A stretch of DNA of 59,280 nucleotides, counting the filler, from Basidioascus undulatus (lineage: Eukaryota), in the NCBI GenBank assembly GCA_000826855.1. It is 4 parts of 4 records of this genome, joined end to end, with 100 filler letters (N's around TTAATTAATTAA, not from the genome) between each part and the next. Parts side by side here need not be neighbours in the genome. Positions count along the whole stretch, not along the records: positions 14,860 to 29,617 come from JTLS01000699.1; positions 29,718 to 44,456 come from JTLS01000700.1; 2 more parts are not named here. The stretch is one strand, 5' to 3'. Made by a program: the position numbers and the translations under genes. The notes under the pieces are model-generated. The model was given only the letters and a program-made list of their open reading frames with translations, did no database searches and was not told the DNA's origin. Of this stretch, positions 25,128-37,406 are shown piece by piece; the stretch's first letter is position 1, and each line of letters opens with the position of its first letter.

Positions 25128-26062
25128 ATGCTCACGCTCGTCCGCTCAACACTGACCGCCGGTCCCCGCGTGGCCGCGCACCGCACCTTCACTTCCATCT
25201 CGCGCGTGCTCGCCGCGCGCCCACTCCCAGGCATCGAGGTGCCCTTCCGCTCATTCGACCTCCTCAGTCATCACTCCATACTGACAAATATCAAACGTCG
25301 GCGTAAAAGGACCGCTTTCGTCAGGGAGTCTTCTATCACCGTCTCGGCGAGAAGCACTGGGCCGTGAGCTTCCTCAGGCACCTGCCCGAGAACTCGCGCA
25401 CGCGCGCCATCATCGGAACCGTCTTCGGCGACATGGAACTGCCGAACGAACAGAACTTGTACTCCAAGCTCAGCGAGAATGCGGGGTTCATTGAGCTGCT
25501 GCATGAGGTGGGACGACTACGCTCGTGCGAGACGAGACGTCGCTGACCTCCTCTGTGCCCTGTAGGTCGTCAAAGCGAACGCGCCGAACGATGAGCACTT
25601 CGTGTTGGTACATTCCCGAGCTGATCAAGGCAACCTGGCTAAACCATGCCCACCTACACAGCCAAGAAGCCACGATGCGAGGGTCCGGCTGGGTGCCGGT
25701 AATCGGTGGGTGTCGATTGGCCATCCCCTCATTCGAAGCTTACTTACCATTCGCATGTTCAGACGAACGAGCCCCACCCGTCCTCGGACGCACGCCTGAC
25801 CCTACAGACACCATCGGGATGATCCTCGTCGAAGAGGGTGGAGTGGTGCGACCCCCCTCCCACCCCTTCCTCGTCTATCCTCCCTTTGACTCACGCATCA
25901 CGCCTCCAGATCAAACCCGAAACCTACGAGGAGTCCAACTCGTACCGCGTAGCCACCCGCGATGGGCTAATCAAGCTCTCGCCCGACCTGGACTATGCGC
26001 TGCGGAAGGCGATGGCAGCCGAGTCAGAGGCGACGCCCGCCAAGCCCGCGCCGTCGTACTGA
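25128..26062 (+). CDS. Conserved fungal hypothetical protein with a mitochondrial-presequence-like N-terminus
   Basis: Arg/Thr-rich N-terminus without acidic residues (MLTLVRSTLTAGPRVAAHRTFTSISRVLAAR). Core motifs SENAGFIELLHE, GWVPVI-DERAPPVLGRTPDPTDTIGMILV and YRVATRDGLIKL resemble an uncharacterised fungal family. Several GT-AG introns. Confidence 0.75.
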
Positions 26063-26260
26063 AACCCAAAAGCGCGCTGTCGCCTTACATAATCATGAAT
26101 CTCAAACTTCTTCATATATCGCCGAGCGAGTGGAGAGCAGAGCAACAAGTAGTGTGCGTGGTAAAGAAAGAGCCGGGGAAAGAGAATGAAGCTACATGCG
26201 AAGAGGAAACGAGGAGAGCAACGCAGTCGGGAACCAAGAAGGGATAAAAAGGATCTTCCT

Positions 26261-29200
26261 TTACAGCAGCTTGTTCTCGAGGCGCTTCTCGTTCTTGAGC
26301 GCGAGCATGCTCGCGAGCACCTTGTCGAACGGAATGGTCTCGGACTTGCCCTTGACGGTCTCGTCCCGGTTGCGGATGTTGACCGACTGCGAGTCTTCCT
26401 CCTCCTGGCCGACGACTATCACCACAAACAGTCGAGAGTCCGTCAGCACTGCGATTCACTGCCGTTAGAGGGCGAGTGTGGATGAAAGACTGACCGCAGA
26501 TGAAGTTGTACTGAGCAAGCTCGTTGTTGCGGATCTTCTTGTTCAGGGTGTTGTCGGTGAGATCGACGTCCGCGTACAGGCCTGCGTCCCACATCCGCTT
26601 CTGCACGCTTTGCGCGTACGGAGCCTACAGCGCGACGGACTGGAATAAGCCGCTCGTCGGAGAAGATATAATGGCGACGAAAAACGCACGTATTTGGCAG
26701 CGACGGGGATGACGACGACCTGACGGGGGGAAAGCCAGAACGGCCTATCAAACAGCCGAGTCAGCGTCAGATTCAAATTAAGGCAAAGCGGAAGTTGAGA
26801 AAGCACGACATACCACTTGCCGGCGAAGTGCTCGGTGACGATGGCGATGAAGCGCTCGAGCGAGCCGAGGATGGCGCGATGGATGATGACGGGGCGCTCG
26901 AAGCCCTTCTCGAACGTGCCGTCCTCCTTCTTGATCCCCGCCGACTCGTCCTCGCCTGAGTTGCGGAAGCGCAGCTTGAACCGATCGGGGAGCTGGAAGT
27001 CGAGCTGGATCGTCGCGCACTGGTGCGACCGCCGGAGCGCGTCCGAGATCGTGATGTCGATCTTGGGGCCGTAGCTGGGGAGCGACGGTCCTGTTCAGCT
27101 GGAGTTCGGGATGAGGAAGGAGGTCTGGACAACGTACAAGGCACCGTCACCAGGGTTCAGCTCCCACTCGCCGGGGACGAACTTGTCGAGCGCGTTCCGC
27201 AAGCTCTACGAGCGCGCACCACAGCAATGTCAGACTCAAAGAATGCGGCTGATGAAGTAAAGACATCGCGCAAGACGCACCTCCTCCGCACGGTCCCAGT
27301 CCGCAATCTCGCCGAGGAATTTCTCCGGGCGAGTCGAGAGCTTAAGCTTGAAGGTGAAGCCGCAGGTGCCATAGATCTTCTTTAAGAAGTCAAACACGCC
27401 CGAGATCTCCTCCTCAATCTATCTCATTCCATCGCCAAGCCCCATCCACGTCAGTCACTTATGAAGCAGGAAAAGACCGCTGCCACGCATGCACCTGGTC
27501 CCGCCTGCAGAATATGTGGGCGTCGTCCTGCTGGAAGCGGCGGACGCGGGTGAGGCCGGTGAGCGCGCCGCTCGCCTCGTTGCGGTGGAGGACGCCAAAG
27601 TCGGCGACGCGGAAGGGGAGCTCCTTATACGAGCGGTCGCGCGAGTCGAAGAGCAGGCAGTGGCCCGGGCAGTTCATCGGCTTGAGCGCGAACCGCTCCT
27701 TGTCGATCTCGAGCGAGAACATGTTCTCCGAGTAGTTTTGCCAGTGCCCGGACGTCTCCCAGAGCTTGGTGTTGTACATGTTGGGAGTAATGACTGCACG
27801 GACGACGGTTGAGTGTCAGCTAAACTGCATGCAGGGTCGTGGCACCGAGAAGAACTGACCCTCGTTGTAGCCGCGAGCGTGGTATTCTGACTGAAATGCG
27901 CAGGCCCGTCAGCAATCTGTACAGCTTGGAGCAATGTCTCTTGACCCACCTTCATGAACTCGAGGAGGGTGTTGTAGATGCGGGTGCCGTGGGGGAGGAA
28001 GAAGCAGCTACCGGGGCTGAGGTCGTGGAAGAAGAAGAGCTCTTGCTCCTGTTTCCCCAAATTATCATGATCAACACCAGCGTCTCTTAATCCATACGTA
28101 TGGAAAGGGGAGCGAACGCACCTTGCCGATCTTGCGGTGGTCGCGCTTGGCCGCCTCGGCGAGGAAGTGCTTGTACTCTGTCATCTGCTTCTTGTCGGGG
28201 AAGGAGATGCCGTAGATGCGCTGGAGCGAGTCGTTCGCTGCGTCGCCGAGGAAGTAGGAGGCAGAGTTCTGCACGCCCATACCAGACATTGTCAGTACGC
28301 CGACGAAGGCAGAGAAGAGGAAAGGGGATGCGAAAACAACGCACCTTCATGATCGAGAACGCCTTGATCTTGCCGGTGTGCGGGACGTGCGGCCCGCGGC
28401 AGAGGTCGACCATGGGCCCGCAGCGGTAGATGGTGGTCGACGAGCCGTCGGGAATCTTGGAGTTGATGATGTGAAGCTTGTACTTGTTGTACTGTTGCCC
28501 CCTCCGGAGAAAAAGTCAGGTTCGACTGCTGCTGGTTCAAAGAGAGAGTGAAGGTGAATGGAGGGTGAGGGACGCACAGCGAAGAGGTCGAGGAGAGTCT
28601 GCTTGGTCACGACCAGACGCTCAAACGGCTGCTTCTCCTTGACGGCGCTGTTTGCGATTGCCTCGAGAGCGGCGTAGTCCTCCTGGGAGACGACGCTGCC
28701 ATCCCACCCAACGCACACATAAGCGCCCACACGTCTTCCCTCGCGGCATACCCACTTACCGGTCATCAATCGCCATCTCGTAAAAGAAGCCATCCTCGGT
28801 GGGCGGGCCAATTGCAAGCGCCGAGCCATAGTGGCGCTCGCACGCCTCGCCGAGCAAGTGTGCCGACGAGTGCCAGAAAACCTGCTGGCCCTCGGGCGAG
28901 TCAAAGTCGAAGAACTCGACGCGCGCGGACGCTTCGAGCGGGCGCGTGAGATCCCAGAGCGTGTCGTCCACCTTGGCGATGACGACGCGCTCCGCGAGCG
29001 AGGAGGAGATGCTCTTGGCGATGTCCATGGGGGACGTCTCCCAGGAGAGGCCCTCGCGGGTCTTCCCGTCGGGCAGGGTGATGGTGATCGGCTCGCGGGA
29101 CTTGGCTGGGGAGGGAGGGTGTGAGTGGGAGGGGTGGGGAGGAGGAGAGGGAGGGACGCACCGGCTTGCTCCTGATCCGCAATCACCTTCAGACGGTCCC

Positions 29201-29556
29201 AGATCGCTACGCGGTCGGCGAGGTAGGTGGGGGGAGGGGAGAGCTGCAAGGGGAAGGGAAAAGATGGTGAGTGTCCAGAGTTCAGGACGATTGTACTGTT
29301 GCCCCTTGTTCTCCCAGACGCTCCTCCAGCACATTTCATGCAGCCTGATGCCAACGCCTTCCATCCCTCCTCTTTCACGCCGTCTGTGCGAACTCACCTC
29401 AAGCGCCGCCTTCGCCGCCCCAACAGCAGCCTTCTTGTCCTTCTTCTCCTTTGGCGCCTTGCCCGGCTTGCCGTTCGCAGCAGCAGCAGCAGCCTGGCCG
29501 TTGTCCTGCTGGGGATGGTTGACGCCCTGTGCGGGTGCGGGTGCGGGTGCGGGCAT
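26261..29556 (-). CDS. THS1: Threonyl-tRNA synthetase (class II, eukaryotic cytosolic type)
   Basis: TGS domain (ITITLPDGK...WDLTRPLE), [95 protein letters not shown] and a C-terminal anticodon-binding domain. Many introns. The 5' end may extend to the contig break. Confidence 0.97.
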
Positions 29557-29617
29557 GGCGTTGGGGTCCGGGGGGATGGCGGGGCAGGCGAAAGTGCGGC
29601 GGGGGGGGGAGGGGGGG

Positions 29618-29717
29618 NNNNNNNNNNNNNNNNNNNNNNNNNNNNNNNNNNNNNNNNNNNNTTAATTAATTAANNNNNNNNNNNNNNNNNNNNNNNNNNN
29701 NNNNNNNNNNNNNNNNN
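29618..29717. other. Artificial contig-joining spacer (N44-TTAATTAATTAA-N44)
   Basis: Same 100-bp structure, with the 12-mer at 29662-29673. Confidence 0.98.
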
Positions 29718-30197
29718 AGAGCGTCGGAGAAAGTCGTGTGGAAGGGGTTGGAGGATAGAGGCGGGGGATATGCGGATAGGGGTGCTGGGGTTGCTAGGGG
29801 GAATGGGGGATTTGGGATGGGACTGTGAGTGGAGGAATGGGGGAGTGCACTAGGATGGCTTGGTTTCGTATGGGTTTGATCGCATTTTACACTCGTGTTC
29901 GTTCGCACTTGGACCGCGATCGCATAGTACTTTATACACTCGTCTGATCTTATCCGTGCTTTGCAGTTTGAGAACCGGCGGAATATATTGCGATGCATGC
30001 CATCGTGCTTTGTTTGTCCGACGAGGATGGCCGGCACGGGAAGGTGGCACACTGGTGTTGCTGCAGCTGATCCACAGCCCCCGCCCCGCCCCCCTGCCTC
30101 GCCGCTTCGGCGCCTTCAGCAAGCAAACATCAGCACGCATCAGCTGGCCCTTTGATCAAAATACTCACCACCTCAACCCATCAACTTGCCCCCGCCC

Positions 30198-30990
30198 ATG
30201 CGCGCGCACACCAACGCATCTCCCCCGTTCTCGCCGTGCATCTTCCCCTTCTTCATTCCACCTCCATCCATCCACTCCGAGTCTGGGGAGGGCACTGTCT
30301 CCCCAGAGGGTTTTCCACCCCCCTACGCGCCCACTGCTTTCGAAGAAGATCGCGCCGAGTCCGAGGCGGATGTCGACTTCGCGGCTTCAATGGCGGAGCG
30401 CTTGGCTCGCTTGAAGCCTCCTGTGTGGATGGCCGAGGCTGGGCGGGGGAAGCGCAAACACGATGCAGATACAACTCAGCGGCCCGAGATGTGAGATCTT
30501 CACAATCTCACCCGGTACCACGCACTGACGCAGTTAGCAAAATACTGGTCCGACAGACTGTTCGCAGGTGAGTCGTCCAGATCCGGGCCGCAAGCGCCGC
30601 ATGGTCGGCACGAGCGGTGGTTCATTCAGCATCTTAGGGAACGAGCCGAAGGCCACCCCGGAGTCTGGCAAAGCGGCGCGCGAGGAAGTAGTGTGGGTGG
30701 GTATGGCAGAGCGTCGCCTCGCGCAGTTGAAAGCCGGTCGCAGCCACGGTGCGTCTCGGCTCTCCCTCCTCCTTCGCCTTCATCTCCACCGCCTCGAACG
30801 CCACCATCCCTTTAATCTGGCCCATCCACATCATGACTCTCCACCCTCTCGCCCACCAAACCCCTGGCGCGGCGCCCCTGCCCCGCCGCCTACGGACGCC
30901 ATCCTGCGCGCACAGGCACCCGCAAAAGAACGCGTCCGGTCTGCAGCCGCAGCGGCAGCAGCATCAGCGTCGAGCTCGGACAGGCGCTAA
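30198..30990 (+). CDS. Hypothetical small low-complexity protein (probably spliced)
   Basis: ORF blocks PPPYAPTAFEEDRAE...MAERLARLKPP and PGRKRRMVGTSGG...MAERRLAQLKAG share an internal repeat. Intron-like signals lie at ~30491-30567. No family recognised. Confidence 0.4.
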
Positions 30991-32005
30991 CGCACCGCTC
31001 CCAGCTCGCAGGCGAGTCGGTCCTCCGACCGACCACACGCCCAGCTCGTCCCGCACGCCGGCCCCGGCCCCCTCCACGTTTTCGCCCAGAGCTGGGACGT
31101 CCACTCCCATACACACTTCACGCATTCCTGCCTTCCCCTCTACTCCGACGCTCCCTTGCTCTCGGCGATACACTCCCCCGCGCGCCCGCGCCGCGCGCCG
31201 ACGACGCCACGCACTCCGCGGCGAGGAGATGGCTGGAGACCCTGAGGCTTACGCGTGCTTTCCGTAGCTCTCTATAAGGCATATTGTTGGAGAAAAGGCA
31301 TATTGTTGAAGAAAGGCATGCTTGGGATTATTCTCGGTTGGCAGTACTGGCCAGGTCTTGTTGCTTCTGAGTTGCGTTTCCGAGTGTTAGCACGTTTGCC
31401 GCTCCTGTTCGCTCGGAATGCCGTTAAGTTTCTTCACCCTTCAAACCTGCTTTTGTCCCTAACGGTAAATACTTCATACCTGTATGTTTCCTGATCTTTC
31501 TCGTGATTGACATGGTGGTGTGCGCTGTGCTTTCATGCATCGCAGCCTCACCAGCCACGGCTGCTACTGGCTGTCTCTTCTAGCCACTGCATACTGAACT
31601 ACGGCCGTATTCCCTCGCCAGAGCTAAGAAATTTTTCTCCGACTACAAATCCTCTGTGTAGTGATATAAAAGTAGAGCACTGTACGCACGGTGCTGTCAT
31701 GGAAGAATGTACAGCATGCTGTACCCTCACCGTCCCGCCAACCCTCCCAACCTACCTCTCTCCACCCCGCGACGGCAGCCACGACAGCGACATCCGTCAA
31801 CAATACCACAACATAACGGAATTTTCTTACTTTTCAGCAACCACCAGTTTGTCGCCGCATTGACCCTGCCAAGGCAAAAAGCCCCCGCCCTCATTGTGAC
31901 GTCAGTTTGGGGAGCGTCTTCCTTTTGATAGCCAGCATCGCCTCTTGCCCTCTTTCCATCCACTGCCTCATTCGGCTCACCACAGACCTTACATTCGGGG
32001 CTATT

Positions 32006-33136
32006 ATGTCGGTAACAAACAAGAAAACCGACGATGTCAAGCAGCAGCTCGCCTCGCGCGCAGAGCTGTACGCGACGCATGTAAAGCAAGCCGTCTCCTC
32101 GTTGGCCTGGTTCCACCCGGTTAGTCTTCTACAATCTCAGAGTATCTGCATGACAGTGCGCTGACATGACAAGGTGGATAGATTCAAGGAATCTTGTACT
32201 CAGTACGAAGTGCGTCGTTGCGATTCTGTGGACGAGGAGACCACCGCGTAGCGCACCAAAGTCCTGACACCTCCCCGCTCTCCAGACCCGGACCTCTACG
32301 CGCACCTCGGCCCCGCGCTGGGCAAAGCCGGGGTCGCCTCGGGCGCCGTCGTAATCGCGCTCTTCTTTTTCACGTACCTGCCTCAAACCGCCTTCCTGGC
32401 GCTTATCTCCGGCCCGCTCTCGCCCATCCTTGCGGTCCCCCTCGTCCTTTCTGAGTCCGCGCTCCTCCTCTCACTCCTCGCGCGCCCACTCTTCCTCGAC
32501 CCCGCGCTCACGGACCTCTTCGACAATGTTCTTCTGAAGAAGGGGCACGTCGACCTCGTCGCGCGGGGGAGGCAGCTCCGGGGGAAGAGCGGTGGGAGGG
32601 GGCGCGAGATCGGGAAGGCGCTGGTGCGCCCGCTGGAGGGGATCCGGCTCAGCGCGGTGCTGAGGTACTTGATCAGCTTGCCGCTTAACGCTGTACCCGT
32701 CGTGGGCACGCTGTTCTTCCTCGTCTACAATGGTACGTCTTTCTGGTCCCTTCGTTCACGAACGACAGTGCTGATTTGGCGCTCCCAGGCTCTCGCAACG
32801 GCCCGGGCTGGCACGCCCGTTACTTCCAGCTTAAGGGCTTCACCAAGCAGCAGCGCGAGAAGTTCGTGGCCGAGCGTGCGCCTGCGTACACAGCGTGCGT
32901 CGCTCTTCCCTCCCCTCTTCTTTTCTTCCTCTCCCTACTCTGCCTTCCACAGCACCGAGACTGAATATGTCTCCCCCATTTCCGTTGGCAGTTTCGGCAC
33001 CTCCGCCCTCCTCCTGCAGATGATCCCCCTCGGGGGGCTCATCTCCCTGTTCACGACCACCGTCGGCGCGGCGCTGTGGGCGGCGGAGATGGAGGCGTCT
33101 GGGGAGGCGCCGAATGGGGAGGGGAAGACAGAGTGA
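32006..33136 (+). CDS. Rrt8/Lds1/Lds2-like EI24-domain membrane protein
   Basis: WFHP-IQGILY, LFFFTYLPQTAFLALISGPL, LTDLFDNVLLKKG, LRYLISLPLNAVPVVGT, GPGWHARYFQLKG and YT-SFGTSALLLQMIP...FTTTVGAALWAAEME match the family pattern. Four introns. Confidence 0.88.
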
Positions 33137-34008
33137 TTCGGATATTGGCCAATGTTGAAGATCAAATGGCAAGGGTCGAAGGGTCTCATGAATGGTGAGC
33201 AACGTCGCTTCGAAGTCAAACAGAAGGCCGGATGTTGACAAAGCCGCATGCCGAATGCTATCGTCAGGGGTTGAACAGCTTGCTTTGCGACGATGTCACA
33301 TAATTTATGAGTGTTCATGGCGTGTGCGTGAAAGCGTGTTCGGAGTGGAGAGAGCGGCAGGTATAGGGTGTACGAGTCGGCGTGGATCAACTGTACACAA
33401 AAAGCACCACAACAGAACGTTTACTCATACTCGGCCTCGCAAAGACTACTTTGAAAAAAACAGAGCAGTATCTTGCAAGTTGACTCAAAAAATCGCCAAG
33501 CTCAACTCGTTATCGCACAGTTGATTATTGAGATAAGCCAGTCACGATCGCGTCTCGGTTCGTTGAACGCTTTCGCAGCCGCATCCACGACCTCCCAGGT
33601 TGCCCAAAACCCCAGGAAACAGACAATATGAACCCACTCGCAGAACACCAACCCACCCTTATCGACCCACTCTGGCCCGGTGGCTAACCCACTTCTGCGC
33701 CAGGTCGAGCCTTCCGACCGTGCGTCGTCGTCCGCATCCCCGTCGCTAAACATGCAGTACTGACGCTGTCCATACGCTCGCCCAACCCCCAGTGCCAAAG
33801 CACGTCGTCCAACGACCCAGACGAGCTCGCATCGGTCGGTCTCTCGCCCGAGAGCGTCCCATCCAAGATCGAGAACTACCGACTCGTGAACCTCGACGCG
33901 TTTGTCCACCTCACACTCCCCTCCTCTTCCTTCCCCAACAACCCCCCCCCCCCCCTTTCCCCCTTCCCTCCCCATCCTAACTCCCGGCCCTACCCTGCCC
34001 CCTCGCAG

Positions 34009-34299
34009 GTACGGCGACCGCGACTGGATGGACGTCGACGGCGGGCACGAGGCCGTGCGGCGCCTTCGCGAGGCAGGGAACACCTCGGCGAAGGTTCACG
34101 TCGTCCCTGATGCAGGGCACCATATCGTGCGTCTTCCCTTCTCTCCCTCTCCTTTCTTCCCGCGGCAAGTTAGCTGAGGGTGCAACGGGGACAGTATTTG
34201 GATAATGCGACGGACTTCAATCGGCTGATGAGGAGAGAGATGGAGGACGTTCCGGAGCGGGCGCCGGAGGGGAAGGAGGAGGCGGACGTGGGAGCGTAG
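34009..34299 (+). CDS. C-terminal two exons of an alpha/beta hydrolase (Cld1/Ict1/ABHD4-5 type); upstream catalytic core missing
   Basis: YGDRDWMDVDGG...VHVVPDAGHHI-YLDNATDFNRL is the family C-terminal signature (YGxxDWMD, AGHHxYLDN). Stop TAG at 34297-34299. No GxSxG exon was found upstream. Confidence 0.75.
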
Positions 34300-34530
34300 A
34301 AGGGCTGATGCTAGACGCGGTGGTCAGCTTCAGAGCTGCGGATGACTATTTCTTACATTGGGGTTGGTAGTCAGGTACTCTAGATTATGTCAATTGTTGT
34401 AATATATAGAAGACTCGTCGCAGTTCTCAAGATCGTAAATGCAGCAGTGCATCATCCCATCTGCATAACCTCTCAATGACATCGCCCATCTATGTCTCCA
34501 TCCAGAGCTCCAGCGCACGCATCCCGCGTC

Positions 34531-37096
34531 CTACTTCCCCACCCCAACAGCCTCGTCCACTTCCCTCCTCCACCTTCTCTGCACCTCAACGCTCTCCAAA
34601 CAGATCCGATACTTGGCCTCGAGCAGCCTCGCATCCCCTTCCGTCCTTCTGGGGTTGACCAACTCGCTCGGACCAGTCAACTCGACCTGCCCACCCCACG
34701 TCCACCATCTATCAGCGCGCACTCTTCACCTCGCGCCCTTCCCCGTCCATCGACGCACCAGCACCTCCCACAATCTCTCCCCCCGCTCGCGCTTCACTTG
34801 CTCCACTTGCGCCTGGTTATCGAGCGCCTCTATGCCGGGGGGCAGGGAGGCAGCAACCTCCGCCGCGTAATGCGCGAGCATCGCTGGGCCAGAAACGACT
34901 GCGGAGGAGGCTTGCGTGCGGGGGACGGCAATGGGCAGGGCGCATGTGTCGGCGAGGAGTTGGACGAGCGCGCGGTTCTTGGTTTGGCCGCCTGCAGGGA
35001 TGGGTGACGATCACTTAGGCTGGCTGCCGTGGAAGGAACAGCGGGAGGGGGAAGGGGCTGAGGAGAAAAGCGGAAACGTGAGAGACAGCCTGGGCAGGGA
35101 GACGCACCAGACATGTAGATCGAGGAGATCTGATGCCCGTGCGCATTAAGCGTGTCGAGGATGTGCCGCGTCTGGAGCGCGATCCCCTCAAGCGTAAGCT
35201 GGTACTTGAACGCGAGGTCCGACAGGGACGCATCGAGTGCGAGGCCCGCGATGGAGCCGCGCATGCGAGCGTCGGCGAGGGGCGAGCGGTTGCCTGTGTG
35301 CGTCGTTTCAGTGCTTTCCTGGGGGGTGGAGGGAAGACAGGAGGTACCGTGGAAGTCCGGGTAGAGGTGCATATGCCGCACGAGCTCATTGACCGATTCC
35401 AGGCCCTGCGAGCGCCGCATTTCGTCAAGGAGCGAGTCGAGCACGCCGAAGACGGCCCCCGGCTGTCCGCCGGCGCGTGCGAGCAGCTCCGGGTATGCAG
35501 GGTGCGTTTTGAGCATGAAGTCGATGAGCTGGTGATGTGAAGAGGGCATGGTAAGTAGGAGAGGGTGAATGAAAGAAGGAGGAGGGTGAGGAGGGATTTG
35601 CTTGGCCCGTCGCGGACTGGCCGCCTTCGTTCATCGACCTGCGGGAGGCGGTAAGATGACTTCATGAGTGGGTGGATGAGGGGGGAATAGGACCGACCAG
35701 CCATGGAAGACGGCATTCTGGCAGGATGGCTCTCATGAGGTTGGAGATTGAATGGGGTGGAATTAGGGCTCGCAACACACGTACCTTGTAGGGACCCCAC
35801 AAGCCGGGGACGAAGTGATCATCGGAGCTCTGCGAGATCGTCTGAACATCAGCGGACTTCCAGTAAGGCGCATCAAGCATTTGACGCGCACCTGAACGAG
35901 ATGGCAGCTGCTCGTGCCTGCGACCACCGCCAGCCGATGGGCGCTCTCCGCGAGCGGCACCGGCTCCGTCCCGACCTCCTCGCCGTCGGGTGCCGCACGC
36001 GCAGCGACCGTTCCCAGCCATCCGGCATCTGCGCCACGTCCTCAATATCAGCATCCATCCATACTCCTCTTGACGCACACCATCCTCACAAGAGTCAATC
36101 ACCGCGCTCCCCACCGGCGTGCTCTCCAGAAGCCCCAGCTCCTCCGCAGCCTCCCGCGTCAGCCCCGGCCCGACAGGCAGCCCCGCCGTGAGCGCAATGC
36201 CGTTCTTCCCTGGCACGCCGCCGAGAGATGCGAAGTCTTCTTCAACGAAGCAGCCGAGGCCGATGGACTCGAAGAAGTGCGCGTCCCAGCCGTTCGGGTT
36301 GGACGGTGTGGGGCGGAAGGAGAGGTAGGCGAGCGAACTGCTCGAGCGGGCGAGGGAGCGCGTGGCGTGGTAGGTGAGGTAGTCTGGCTGTGGGACGTGC
36401 GTAAAATGTCAGTGGGGGTACGTGGGTTGACGGTTGGGGAAGACTCACCAGGTCGTGGAACTGGCACCGAGCAAAGTCTTCCGGCTTCATGTTGTTCTTG
36501 AGCCACAGAATCTTCGGCAGCTGGAGCTCTATCTGAGAGGAAAGTACATGGTAAACTTCAGCTCTATCCAAACTACTGAGAGGTCCGCAGGACTCACATC
36601 CATGCTCCCGCCAAAGAACCGCAGCTGCTCCGCACTGCTACGGGCGATGCGATCCGCCTCCTCGTCCGCACGATGGTCCGCCCACAGCACGATATTACGT
36701 TCTCCATCCGCGCCCAGCACATTCTTCGTGATGCACACGGGGCGTCCCCCCTTGTTCGTGACAGCCAAGCTGCACGTAGCGTCGAACCCGATCCCCTCGA
36801 CCTGCTCCTTCGCGACCTGCGCGCTCGCGAGGACGTCGCGGATAGCGCGCGCGATGCACGCCCAGATGTCAGTCGTCGACTGTTCGTAGATCCGCGCGTC
36901 GTACGGGTCCCGCCACGTCTGCGTAGGCTGGATCGACTCGGCTGCGATCCGGCCGGAGGAGTCCTGGAGCGCTACGCGGACGGAGCCCGTGCCGCTTTTG
37001 AGGACGATGAGCCTAGACGATTTGCGGATTCGAGCGAAATCAGGCGCACACGTCCACGCCGAGATAATGTTTGTCAAAGCGATCGAGCAGAGTCAT
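34531..37096 (-). CDS. FGGY-family pentulose kinase (D-ribulokinase, Ydr109c/FGGY-like)
   Basis: YLGVDV-GTGSVRVAL, GIGFDATCSLAV, NIVLWADHRA, LQLPKILWLK, GSAVIDS, LAVVAGTSSCH, FVPGLWGPY, NEGGQSATG, HLYPDFHGNRSPLAD and LLEAKYRI. ATG at 37096, TAG at 34531. Confidence 0.93.
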
Positions 37097-37325
37097 TGAA
37101 GTGTAAGTGCGAAGCAAATGGCGAAGAGAACCACGCTATGGTGGAGGTGAAAGAGAGCGTAAGGTGAGACGGTGACCGACATGTCTTTGTCAATGATCGA
37201 GCAGCTGTCCTCAGATCAGTTGCTTGGAAAGGTGAACAACAACCAATGAGTGTACATCACTCCTGAGTCTTGCACAACAAAAGAGAGGGCGGGCAGTATT
37301 TCTGAACCTGAAGGATGCAAAAATA

Positions 37326-37406
37326 TGTCGCTGGGCGGAATCGAACTGCCGTCTTCACGGATCAAGCAACCACAACGTGATGTACTAACCACTATACTAC
37401 AGCGAC
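37326..37406 (-). tRNA. tRNA-His(GUG) with a short canonical intron
   Basis: The reverse complement reads GTCGCTG-TAGTATAGTGGTTAGTAC-A-TCACG TT GTG G[TTGCTTGAT]C CGTGA-AGAC-GGCAG TTCGATT CCGCC-CAGCGAC-A: 7-bp acceptor stem, A and B boxes, a T5 terminator just downstream and an AT-rich tract upstream. Confidence 0.92.

Noticed and set aside
29529..29553. (GGGTGC)n tandem repeat, also seen near 7232-7250
   Set aside because: It simply encodes Pro-Ala linkers in the ThrRS and Mis18-like proteins.
2818..33136. A sporulation cluster formed by the NDT80-like, Mis18-like and Rrt8/Lds-like genes (plus the Msc1-like gene further on)
   Set aside because: These genes are spread over three artificially joined contigs, so their co-occurrence is not evidence of linkage.
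33704..33900. VEPSD...IQDRE peptide reminiscent of ubiquitin
   Set aside because: The spacing does not match ubiquitin, and the GC3-biased frame here is a different one.
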